Assembly: GCF_021869535.1 (NCBI RefSeq)
Contig: NW_026262669.1
Coordinates: forward strand, 4,650,001 to 4,714,000
Source: Mytilus californianus
Taxonomy: Eukaryota
DNA length: 64,000 nucleotides
Direction of reading: 5' to 3'
Every line of letters begins with the position of its first letter. Within the stretch, counting starts at the first letter, position 1. Positions 1 to 11,050 of this stretch are shown in pieces. The notes below the pieces were generated by a model that worked only from the letters and a program-made list of their open reading frames with translations, was not told where the DNA came from and made no database searches. The position numbers were made by a program, and so were the translations under genes.

Positions 1-912
1 AAGAATCGGCATTCCCATGGGAACAAACTGTGCCCTCCAGCTTGCCGACTTCTTCCTTAAATCAGATGAGGCTGACTTCATACAGGAACTTCTTAGGAAG
101 AAAGAAAGGAAGTTAGCTGTATCCTTTAATTGTACTTTCCGCTATATAGATGATGTTCTCTCACTAAATGATTCAAAATTTGTTGACTATGTTGAACACA
201 TCTACCCCATCGAACTATAGATAAAGGATACAACAGACACAGTTAAGTCTGTTTCATATCTTGACAATACATCTATAAATTGACAATGAGGGTCGGTTGA
301 AAACAAAACTTTACGACTAAAGAGTTGATTTCAGATTCCCAATTGTGAACATTCCATTTTTATGTAGCAACATTCCAGCAGAGTCTCCACATTGTGTATA
401 TATCTCCCAGTTGATACGATAATCCAGGGGTTGTTTTTCCTGTCCTGATTTCCTTGATAGAATGTTGCTGCTCACAAGGAAGCTATTAAGCCAAGAGTAC
501 CGAGTGGTGAAGTTGAAATCATCCCTTCGTAGGTTTTGCGGACGCCATCACGAGTTGGTTGACCGTTATGGAAAACCTGTTTCACAGATGATAGCGGATA
601 TATTCCTAATGTCGTAACAACAATCCCGTCCCCTTTTCACCGTATGTGATCTCCGAATTAGAGTCAGAGTTTATACTAACATGTTATTACTAACATGAGC
701 AAAACGACGGATGCCACATGTGGAGCATGAACTGCTTACCCTTCCGGGGAACCTGATATCACCTCCAGTTTTTTGTTGGGTTCATGTTTCTCAGTCTTTA
801 GTTTTCTATGTTGTGTTTTAGGTACTATTGTTTGTCTGTTGGTCTATTTCTTTTTTAGCCATGGCGTTGTCAGTTTATTTTCGACTTGTAAGTTTGAATG
901 TCCCTCTCTTTT
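1..912 (+). mobile_element. 3' part of a Naiad-type Penelope-like retroelement (degraded RT C-terminal half plus 3' UTR/pLTR), cut by the window start
   Basis: ORF 17-220 MGTNC..LADFFL..FRYIDDVLSLN (RT motifs with YIDD); downstream DNA parallels 4020-4676; stops and frameshifts present. Confidence 0.9.
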
Positions 913-1117
913 ACAATTATATTGTTGGTTAATCACTTCGTCTGTTCATAAAATTAAAGGTGGCAATATAATGGCAAAACTGTTTATCTGTCAGGTTTTT
1001 TCAGACGTTGTTCCAGATATTGTCTTTCTGTACTGTTTATTACATCGCTGTATGTAATACTTTTATTAAGTACATTAATCGATATCAAAATTAAGCAATA
1101 GTAGTGTGCCGATGTTT

Positions 1118-1205
1118 AAATCTCATCGATCTATTACGATGATACAAATCTCATCGATCTATTACGATGATACAAATCTCATCGATCTATTACGATGATA
1201 CAAAT
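1118..1205. repeat. 28-bp tandem repeat, 3 exact copies
   Basis: aaatctcatcgatctattacgatgatac at 1118, 1146, 1174. Confidence 0.95.
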
Positions 1206-1376
1206 ACAGTTTTAAACAGAAACTAAATTCTCTCATGAGTTGCAAAATAATCAAAAACATTTTCGTCGGCATGGTTAGCTTCTCCAGCTATGATGTGTAT
1301 GTAGCACCAACCATGTGATTCCACACTCAGTCAGTATATAACAATCGAGTTTTGGAAAATGATAGAACAGACATAG

Positions 1377-1644
1377 AAGAGGGACGAAAGATACCAGATG
1401 GAGATTCAATCTCATAGATCGAAAACAAACTGACAACGCCATGGCCAAAAATAAAAAGGCAAACAGACAAATAATAGTACAGAGTACAGATGACACAACA
1501 TAGAAAACCAAATGCTAAGCAACACGAACCCCACCAAAACTGGGGGTGATCTCAGGTGCTCCAGAAGGGTAAGCAGATCCTGCTGCACATGTGGCACCCG
1601 TCGTGTTGCTTATGCTATTACAAATCCGGTATATAGTCGAATTC
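1377..1644 (-). mobile_element. Inverted copy of the Naiad 3' end (pseudo-LTR)
   Basis: Reverse complement matches about 4413-4676 (gcaacacgacgggtgccacatgtg...cacctgagatcacccccag...ctggtatct). Confidence 0.9.
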
Positions 1645-1689
1645 AAGTGTAGGACAGTCAGATTTCTCATCAGAGTAAAAATTACTTCG

Positions 1690-2240
1690 AGGTTGCTTTG
1701 TGTAACTGGGATGTTTTAATTAACAGGTTTAGTACTTTGATGTTGGTTTGTGTAACTGTGAGGATCCTTTAATTAGCGGGTTAGATACTTTGGGTTTGTT
1801 TGTGTAACTGTGAGGATCCTTTAATTAGCATGTTTAGTACTTTGAGTTTGTTTGTGTAACTGTTAGGATTCTTTAATAAGCGGGTTAGATACTTTAAGTT
1901 TGTTTGTGTAACTGTTAGGATCCTTTAATTAGCGGGTTAGGTACTTTGGGTTTGTTTGTGTCACTGTGAGGATACTTTAATTAGCAGCTTAAGTACTTTG
2001 AGATTGTTTGTGTAACTGTGAGGATTCTTTATGTAGCGGGTTAGGTACTTTGAGTTTGTTTGTGTAACTGTTAGGATTCTTTAATTAGCGGGTTTAGTAC
2101 TTTACGTTTGCCTTTTGTAACTGTAAGGATCCTTTAATTAGCTGGTTTAGTACTTTAAGTTTGTTTGTGAAACTGTTAGGATTCTTTAATAAGTGGGTTG
2201 TGTACTTAAAGTTTGCTTGGTATAACTTTATTTGCAGGTT
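1690..2240. repeat. About 52-bp minisatellite, roughly 10-11 diverged copies, abutting the Naiad 5' truncation
   Basis: Unit approx gtttgtttgtgtaactgttaggatcctttaattagcgggttaggtactttgg. Confidence 0.9.
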
Positions 2241-4375
2241 TAGTACATGGAGTATGCCACTTGAAAGTTTATCAAAACTTCATTTCAAAACGTCATTATC
2301 TGTTCAATGTATGTTTGGAAACCACTGTTACAAACCCTCATTCAAACCAATACAAACTTACAGCTATCATTTCGGATATTGCAAGTCACAGACTTTTCAT
2401 ACCAGTTCGCATTGGAAAAAATGAAAAAGAGAAAAGATCTTTTCTCAAACTTTATTTAGCCAACAAAGGTCTCGATGGCGTCAACTTAGGCAATATCCTT
2501 CATCATAAATTAGTTCAGTCGAAAATACCTCCTTATTTTAAAGATCAGTCTGTACCAATAATTTCCTATACCTATACCAAACCAATTGCAACTAAAATTT
2601 TCAATTACAAACACGTTTTGCAGGATCTCAACATTGACGAAATCAAGTCTAAACCTCCTGATTGCACCTGTGCTAGTTCCCAATTCACATATAATCCGGC
2701 TGGCCACGTTATTACCCGATACCTCAACATTGTCAATAACACTTCCCTGCGAAATTTGTTATCCAAAGGTCCGAAATATCGTGAGCCTAAATCCATCAAT
2801 TGGAAATACAACTTCAAAATACTGATGGATTCAGTCGAGGATTATTCCAGGCAATGGGATAAACGCGAGAAAGAAGACGTAGATACTCTTTCCGAATAGA
2901 TTAATGCTGTGAGGTCGTTGATACAAATCAGAATTAAGAAACTAAATGGGCATATCAATACCCACGCTACATCAATTTTTAAAGACCCAAATGTTGCAAA
3001 ACACTTGTCCTTCCTCCATGACAAATATGTTGTTGTCCCCGCAGATAAAGTCTAAAACCACATCGTTTTTGTGTGTAAATATCATTACATAAACTGCTTG
3101 ATAAATGAATTAGGTATTGACAATTCACTTGGAAACTCAACATATACCCTCACGACACTTACCAAAGAGGAAATCCTGGATAATCATAGGTCTGTTCTAT
3201 GTTCCTTTGGAATTTCAACCAAAGATGAAGAACTGGATCTTCCATCACTGTATTGGATACTTAAACTACATAAGTGTTCTTGCAAACAACGGTATATTGC
3301 TGGGTCTGCCAAGTGCCCCACGAATCCAATTTCTAAATTATTAACATCTATTTTATCTCCAATCAAAGCCGGGCTGAAAAGTTATTGTGAAACTGCCTAT
3401 TCTAGAGGTGGCGTGAATTAGATGTGGATACTGAAAAATTCCAAAGATCCTTTAGAGTACATACAATCTAAGACTCTCTCATCTTGCAATAGTATTAAAA
3501 CATTTGACTTTTCTACACTTTCCACAAGTATTCCCCACTCCAAACTAAAAGACAAATTGAAAGAGTTGGTACTACTTTGTTTCATAAAAAAGAATGGCGA
3601 ACGTAGATACAAGTATCTTGTCTTGGGGAAGGATAAATCCTACTTTGTAAAGAATCACTCTGATTCAAACACAAAATTATCTGAAACTGACATTATCAAG
3701 ATGCTTGATTTTTTTATTGACAACATATTTGTTACGTTTGGAGGACGTGTTTTTTAACAGACTGTCGGAATTCTAATGGGAACCAATTGTGCCCCTCTTC
3801 TTGCCGACTTGTTTCTTTATTATTATGAGGCTGACTTCATACAGGAACTTCACAGGAAGAAAGATAAGAAGTTAGCAATATCCTTTAACTCTACGTTCCG
3901 CTATATAGACGATGTTCTCTCACTAAATAATACAAAATTTGGTGACTATGTTGAACGAATCTATCCCATCGAACTAGAAATAAAGGATACAACAGATACA
4001 GTTAAGTCTGCCTTATATCTTGACTTACATCTAGAAATTGACAATGAGGGTCGGTTGAAAGCAAAACTTTACGAATAAAGAGATGGTTACAGCTTCCCAA
4101 TTGTGAATTTTCCATTTATATGTAGTAACATTCCAGCAGCGCCTGCATACGGAGTATATATATCCAAATTGATACGATATTCCCGGGCTTATGTTTCCTA
4201 TCATGATTTCCTTGATAGAGGATTGCTGCTTACAAGGAAGCTATTAAGCCAAGAGTTCCAAATGGTGAAGTCGAAATCATCCCTTCGTAAATTTTACGGA
4301 CGCCATCACGAGTTGGTTGACCGTTATGGAATAACCGTTTCACAGATGATATCGGATATGTTACTTATGTCGTAA
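2213..4375 (+). pseudogene. Naiad RT ORF in one reading frame interrupted by five stops
   Basis: ORFs starting at 2213, 3071, 3422, 3776 and 4103 share one frame; stops TAG 2897, TAA 3053, TAG 3419, TAA 3755, TAA 4076. Confidence 0.9.
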
Positions 4376-4446
4376 CTACAATACCCTTCCCTTTTCACGA
4401 ATGTGACTTACCGAATTAGACTATTTACCTGATTTGTAATAAAAAA

Positions 4447-4540
4447 AGCAACACGACGGGTGCCACATGTGTAGCAGGATCTGCTTACCCTTCCGGAGCA
4501 CCTGAGATCACCCCCAGTTTTTGCTGGGGTTCGTGTTGCT
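4447..4540 (+). ncRNA. Structured RNA motif in the Naiad 3' UTR/pLTR (multi-stem; partial HDV-like topology)
   Basis: agcaacacga/tcgtgttgct 10-bp closing stem, gggtgc/gcacct, agcag/ctgct, acccc/ggggt; also in the inverted copy 1518-1610, degenerate at about 697-790. Confidence 0.5.
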
Positions 4541-4749
4541 AAGTCTTTGGTTTCCTATGTTGTGTCATCTGTACTATTATTTGTCTGTTTGTCTTTTTAT
4601 TTTTGGCCATGGCGTTGTCAGTTTGTTTTCGATCTATGAGTTTGACTGTCCCTCTGGTATCTTACTTTCCTCTTTTATCAGTTATGTCATATAATTTATT
4701 TTGTTCGGATAGAAACATTTGACAATAGGCTTAATATTTATATAAAATT

Positions 4750-5045
4750 ATGTGGCATGATTACAAATGAGACAACTCACCACAAGAGACCAAAATGACA
4801 TGAAAATAAACAACTATAGGTCATCGTACGGCCAACAACAATGAGCAAAACAAATTGTCATACCACATAGCCAGCTATAAAGGGCTCCTAAATGACAAAT
4901 ATAAAACAATTTAAACGAGAAAACTAACGGCCTGATTTATGCTAAAAGTAATGAACGAAAAACAAAAAGGATATACAGCAACAAACGACAACCACGGAAT
5001 AATAAGCTTCTGACTTGGGACAGGCACATAGGGCTAAACTAGTTT
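4750..5045 (+). mobile_element. Dispersed repeat family A (unclassified, SINE- or pLTR-like)
   Basis: tgtgg(c/t)atgattgccaatgagacaact...acaaacgacaaccac; other copies at 7065-7540 (+), 9830-10095 (-), 32860-33120, twice per 1.8-kb unit, 58120-58390 (-), 62095-62215 (-). Confidence 0.75.
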
Positions 5046-5084
5046 GTCGCTAACCACCTTGGGCAGTGGTGTAACAGTACACAT

Positions 5085-5880
5085 ACGAACAAACTATAAA
5101 ATCCAGTTGAAAAGGGCTTAACTCACCAGTTCGATAAAAAGCAGAAATACATCTGACAAAATCACACTCCGGTCGTTGTCAGGTACTTATAAATCTCCAT
5201 AAAAAAAGACACTAAGTACAGATCTGAGAGTACTCGGAGTTACTGACAGCTAGGTCAAAGCCAATAACAACTAATAAAAAAATCATGTATATAAAAACTA
5301 AAACATCAATCAGTACACATCCAACATTCAATGGATTTAGTGTGAATATGTCATTAACGGTAAGGGAAAAAATGACCTTGTGCAATGCCAACATACAGGT
5401 ATCGACAGATTGTAGAGCCATGAATGTGCATATGTGTATAAAATAAGGTTTTGTTTAATTTTAATTTTCTGATAACAAAATCAATATTGATACCGATAAA
5501 TCATTATTCAAAGATATACACATGATATAATTACAGTGTTAGTTTTACCCGGATCATATATGAAGAACGAAACTTCTAAACCAAATCTTTGTATATTTTG
5601 AAGAATTTAGTAAAGGTTTTAAGAAATATGTGGTAACAGAATCCCTGACATAAGTATTTACCATTAATACATAGATTACGTTCATTGAAATCCAAAACGT
5701 CACAACAGACACGGGCATAGACAACGAGTTGTGATATATAAACACCGTAAGATGGTGCCAAAGGACATCACCGTCCCAATAACGTAATCAAATACTACTG
5801 TCGTTGAAGGCAACATAACTTTTATCCTTGACTGTAGTTTAGCATGAACTGCAACTCTCTTATCTTGTCCACCTGATAAG
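5085..5880 (-). mobile_element. 3' fragment of a second Naiad-like family (RT thumb remnant plus 3' UTR)
   Basis: ORF 5576-5761 (-) APSYGVYISQLVVYARVC..DFNERNL..QGF.YH parallels APAYGVYISKLIRYSRA..DFLDRGL of the element at 4103-4375. Confidence 0.75.
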
Positions 5881-6010
5881 ATAAACAGTATTGATTGATT
5901 GGCGGTTGCTTAATTTCATGTGACAAATTAATTAACAGTATTTATTATGTATACGTTGATTAATTAAAAAAAAAGATGCAAGGGCATTTATTCATTCAAG
6001 GGACATTTGT

Positions 6011-6386
6011 ATATCAAATATCAGTAACTATGTGATAAATATGTCTATCAAATATCATTAACTATGTGTTAAATTTGTCTATCAAATATCAGTAACTATG
6101 TGTTAAACTTGTCTATCAAATATCAGTAACTATGTGTTAAATTTGTCTATCAAATATCAGTAACTATGTGTTAAATTTGTTTATCAAATATCATTGACTA
6201 TGTGTTAAATATGTCTGTCAAATATCAGTTACTATGTGTTAAATTTGTCTATCAAATATCAGTAACTATGTGTTAAATTTGTCTATCAAATATCAGTAAC
6301 TATGTGTTAAATTTTTCTATCAAATATCAGTAACTATGTGTTAAATTTGTCCATCAAATATCAGTTACTATGTGTTAAATTTGTCC
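6011..6386. repeat. 34-bp minisatellite, about 11 copies
   Basis: Unit tatcaaatatcagtaactatgtgttaaatttgtc; period 34 (6061 to 6095). Confidence 0.95.
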
Positions 6387-7064
6387 TACGCATTTGTTTA
6401 GGGTTTCAAATTTACATTTTGGGACTATAGTTCAAAAAAGGAGAAATGTTGCTATTCTGCTAGATATACGAAAAAGCTGATTTAAGTCAAATATATGTTG
6501 TTTATAATATTGTAGCTCTTACACCACACCAATTTACCAAACACTGTGTATGAAATGGTAATTAAAGTTGTAATGTGTGAAGTATAACCCACACGTGCTA
6601 GTTGACTGACCATTCAATGTCATCAAGCTTATTTAATTTCAGGGTCTGAATTTTAATGTGTATTCATCGTTAAAAGTTTTGCCATTAACTTACTATTCTG
6701 ATTGAAAAAACATACTTTACAAATTCATTGCGTACGCAGCGCTTTTCTGAATTTGTCTCAACTCAAACCTAATGATTTGAAAGCAAGTAATGTGAAAAAA
6801 GGAAACAACCGTTGGAAGCTATATGAACTAAAATAATAATCAGATGGTGCCAATGGTCAATTTTGTCATAAGGAATTGAAACCTTCTTTTCTTAAAAAAT
6901 TAGAGCATTTCTGACTCTGAAGCTTCGACTTGATAGATGCTAGTTGAGACTTGATATCCTGTTTCAACCTAGTAAACCTGGAAATAGATCCACAACTGAT
7001 TGCTCTAGCTGCAAGGCGGGTCGTCCCAGGAAGTTCAAAGCGAATATTGCAGCAAAGCTGATTT

Positions 7065-7540
7065 ATATATAAAATAATGAACGAAAAACAAATATAACAT
7101 GTATAATATATAGCAACAAATGACAACCACTGAATTACAGGCTCTTGACATTGGACAGACACATACATAATGTGGCGGGATTAAACTAGTTTGAAGGCGC
7201 CCCCTAGTTCAAAGGCAATAACAACTAATAAAATATCATTCATCTTAGACTCAAAGACTTCATATATAAAAGAAGATGTGGTATGATTGCCGATGAGACA
7301 ACTCTCAATAAGAGACAAAATGACACAGAAATTAACAACTATAGATCACCGTACGGCCTAAAACAATGAGCAAGCCCATACCGAACAGTCAGCTATAAAA
7401 GGTCCCGAAATGACAATGTAAAACAATTCAAACGAGAAAACTAACGGCCTAATTTATGTAAAAAAATTAAACGAAATATAAATATGTAACACATAAACAA
7501 ACGACAACCACTGAATTACAGGCTTCTGACTTGGCCATGT
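7065..7540 (+). mobile_element. Family A repeat, partial copy followed by a near-full copy
   Basis: agatgtggtatgattgccgatgagacaactc at 7275; acaaatgacaaccactgaattacaggct at 7116 and again at about 7497. Confidence 0.75.
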
Positions 7541-8308
7541 TTAGGCAAAATTTAACTTAAAATAGTAGAGGTTCATTTCGTACATCGTTTGAAACTCAGC
7601 ACATGTTATTAAGCAATAAGAGTACACAATTAACAATAATCAGTTGGCTTTTTGTTTGGCGTTTTCACTATACTCTATTAATAATGTTTTCATTGGTTAA
7701 AATGTATCAACCTATATCAATTACCAACAATAACCCGTTTGTTGTTTTAATAATTGTCAGGTAGTTTTTTTTATCTTGTTTTGTTTTTATTCTGCATTTC
7801 CTGTCTACTTGTATACAATTAATAACGTTGGCACTAATCTTGTAGCCCATGTTTTCTGGTAATGTGCTGTTGTCATGAAATAGAGGTTCCTTTATGATAA
7901 AAGTTTCACTAGGGACAGATATTATGGCCCAATTGTGTATAACAAAGTTTTCATTGGAACCTAAGTTACGCACAACTAATATACGCTGACACCACGAGTG
8001 AAATTATTAAATAAAAAAAAACAAAAAAAAAACGATGTACGGTGTACGGAGTCTTCAATAGTTTACTTGAAAATCATAATGTTGAAATTTGGGTGCTGAA
8101 ATTCCCACCACTGGGGTCTGTTGTTCAACTTGTCGTTAGTGCTAATGAGTCGTAAAAATTTCTTAATCATTGGATTAAAATAAATCATATGATAAGTGTG
8201 TTGTTCGTTAACTTTAACGCGGTGTAAAAAATGTTAAAACTGTCGTTAAATTTAATCAACCTCATGAGGGTGTTTTAAATTTAAAATCATATGATTAAAA
8301 CATCAAAC

Positions 8309-8710
8309 ATGGCTGCTGTAGCAATGCGAACATTAGTGTGCTCGAAAAATGAGATTTATCCCCTGAAAAGGGATTTTAGCAATGACCAGCTATGAAAGCC
8401 CTTTAGATTTGAAAAAAAACCAACACAATAGATGTGAAAGGAGTTGAGTTGAAACATAAATTGCAAACAGATTAGACAAGACAGTGTGAAGGATGGAACG
8501 GATACATATAATAGTCATCCGATAACAGAAAGAAATTGCACTTATCGACAGTTATTCTTTGTATGTTACCGCTTACCGAGCAGTGTTGTTTGTAAAGACG
8601 GGCAACATTATTGTGCGGAATCATTCAACAGATTATGACGAACAAGCTTTTATAAATAATAATGGTTACAATAGCATTAGTGTACAGGCAATAATTGATT
8701 TCCAAAGCAA
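8309..8710 (+). pseudogene. Harbinger (DDE_Tnp_4/HARBI1-like) transposase remnant
   Basis: ATG 8309 MAAVAMRTL..PLKRDFSNDQL*KPFRF resembles the Harbinger N-terminus; EQAFINNNGYNSISVQAIID (ORF 8559) resembles the E..Y.NRKG.HS.NVQ..CD motif. Confidence 0.7.
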
Positions 8711-9129
8711 GTCTTTGCTAATTATCCCGTTTTTTTATAGTTCAAATGTTAGCACATTTAGTAGCGCCCTTGACTTAACTGCTTGCGCAGGTAAATTTAA
8801 ATGGATAAATTCGGCCCTCAGATAGCTCGGACCAAACAATATTAATATTTTTGCGTGGTTTAATTTATCATACCGCTATTTATATTCATTTAGTAAAAAA
8901 TATGAGCTTGACGAGGATGAAATGATGAAAATTTGCTCTAGTAAGTGTTTTATGTCAGTGATTAAGTATAATATTCAGATATAGTGAATAAAAAGTCTCA
9001 CTATATTTCACAGTTGACACGATATACAAAAACAAGCACCTGTTATTCAGAATTTGGAAAACCTAAGTTCAGACAGTCAGGGATTTTTCAAAACAGGAAC
9101 AGATATACTGGTCCTAGTTCAAAAGAAGT

Positions 9130-9272
9130 CAGAGGCTGATTTAGGAGGGGGGAGGGGGAGCCCGCCCCCTCCCGTTGATTATTTAGAGAATCACTGAAGC
9201 ATGACTATAGCGATCCCCCTTTTAGGCAGTCAGTGCCCCCCTCCCTTATGAAAATTATAAAATCCGCCACTA
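9130..9272. mobile_element. Small non-autonomous element; related fragment in reverse orientation at about 57770-57850
   Basis: Ends aatccgccact; shares aatcactgaagcatgac with the reverse complement of 57803-57819. Confidence 0.5.
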
Positions 9273-10929
9273 GAAGTCTTATACCGCGTGAGGTGAGGGG
9301 GTAGGGGGCCTATTACTAGTACCTTCAGGAAGCAAAACACTTTCCAATCATTCATATCACCAATATATTTTTTTTTTTAAACTGAACACTGCTTCTCCCA
9401 TGTCTCTGGTAAAGAGCCCAAGGTCCGATTAAGATATGATAAAATATAAATTGCAGCAAAAGCATTGAGCATTATAATAGCATATAGTATCCAACATATA
9501 CATTTCACCATATAATATTCTATCGTTATGTGAGTAATGATCGTTACAGTTGAGATACAAAATAAAGAGTCAAAATAAAACGTCGATTTTATTTCCTTTG
9601 ACATCGTTATCTGATAATCTGATTTTGAAAAATAAAACATATAACATTGACATATAATAAATTTGATATATTATCTCCGTGAAATTACAAACCATTAATA
9701 TATTTGACATTTCAAAAAAGTTACCCATACCAGCGGGACGTCTGTGTTTATCTACATATAGGAAGAGAACCCCCACTCCTTGTATATATTAATCTTTCTG
9801 TATGTGTCTGTCCCAAGTCAGGAGCCAACAATTTAGTGTTGTCGTTTGTTGCTGCATATCATATTTGTTTTTTGTTTATTGTTTTGTACATATATCATAG
9901 CGTTAGTTTTCTCTTTGAATTATTTAACAATGAAATCGTCATTTCGGGGCCTTTTGTAGCTGACTATGATGTTTAGGTTTTGCTCATGTTTGAAGGCGGT
10001 AAGGTGACATATAGTTGTTAACTTCTACATCATTTGGTCTCTGGTATACATATAGAGAGTTACTGCATGTGCAATCATAACATATCTTCTTATTTCTAGA
10101 TTAACGCACCCCGCGTGAATATCTGATACCCAATATATATCATGGTGTCGGATAGTTGTATTCGATCTTTTTTTTTTATTGTTTTGTAACTGAATAAAAT
10201 ACTTGTTCAGGGTTTTGTTAATAAATGTAACGAACAAGTCGTAAATTCATTTTGATAAAACCAAACTATGCCGTTTGATTAACAATTTATGTTATTGTTC
10301 ATAGTTCTGAATTTATTTTCACCATCCTTAACAATCATCTAAAATGTTATCTTGGCATGCCATACTTAATAGAAATGCGGACGTGAAAGAAAGCACTCTG
10401 TACTTAAGCGTCAACAGAGATTACATTCCTTTGATGTAATATTACGATAATTTTATCATTTATCAAACAAAATACCTGGAATCTGTATCGAGTTGTACTA
10501 AATGAACAACATAAATTACAGGTTTTTAAAGGATTCGTCATCATATTGCTAAATAAATTTAACAAAGACTTCAAATTATCTGCTATCAACACTCAAATTC
10601 CGCGAAACTAAAAGATAAACTTTATACAACCAACACGGTAACAACTTAAATTAGAGATTAGCCTACCGAGGACAAACACTGACAATGTTTCCAAGTTGGA
10701 ACAGCCGTTGCTGCACGGTAAAACTAGTTTGAACGATGATTAAAACTTTTTATAGAAATACAATTGTACTTAATGAATGCAATTTGTTTGGGTTTTTTTT
10801 TTTACGATCACCAAGGTCCATCATTTCAGATAACAACTTCTGTGAACAAACAAATGAAAAATGTTGGGCCAAATCCATTGTAGTCATGATCAGTAATGGG
10901 TGAATGGAGATGTTTATTATTGCAAAATG

Positions 10930-11050
10930 TACCCGAAAGCACATTTTGTTAAACACAATGCATTAATTTCTGCATTTCTTAAATCATTTTCCCCTTCAAG
11001 CACATTTAATTTTAACTCCAACAGACAATTTTGATGAATCTAAACTATGT
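10930..11050 (-). pseudogene. Possible remnant of the Harbinger second ORF (Myb/SANT-like)
   Basis: Minus-strand pieces SSKLSVGVKIKCA* (TGA where W expected) and AEINALCLTK in shifted frames resemble K...W.eI..eiNA Myb/SANT pattern. Confidence 0.35.

Larger units (their letters stand above)
2213..4676 (+). mobile_element. 5'-truncated Naiad-type Penelope-like retroelement
   Basis: CxC linker (PPDCTCASS), KGPKYREP, PADK, KTFDFSTL, MGTNCAPLLADL, RYIDD, C-terminal thumb, then about 300 bp 3' UTR; no GIY-YIG domain recognisable upstream. Confidence 0.85.

Noticed and set aside
2213-4375. Selenoprotein-type Naiad read through in-frame stops (reported for some clam and spider Naiads)
   Set aside because: All five in-frame stops are TAG or TAA, none TGA, and they fall where W, Q, K or small residues are expected.
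1690-6386. 52-bp and 34-bp arrays as CRISPR-like arrays
   Set aside because: Head-to-tail units with no unique spacers, eukaryotic context, no cas genes.
7707-7973. 88-aa minus-strand ORF as a gene
   Set aside because: No motif, no clear splice context, and length expected by chance in AT-rich DNA.
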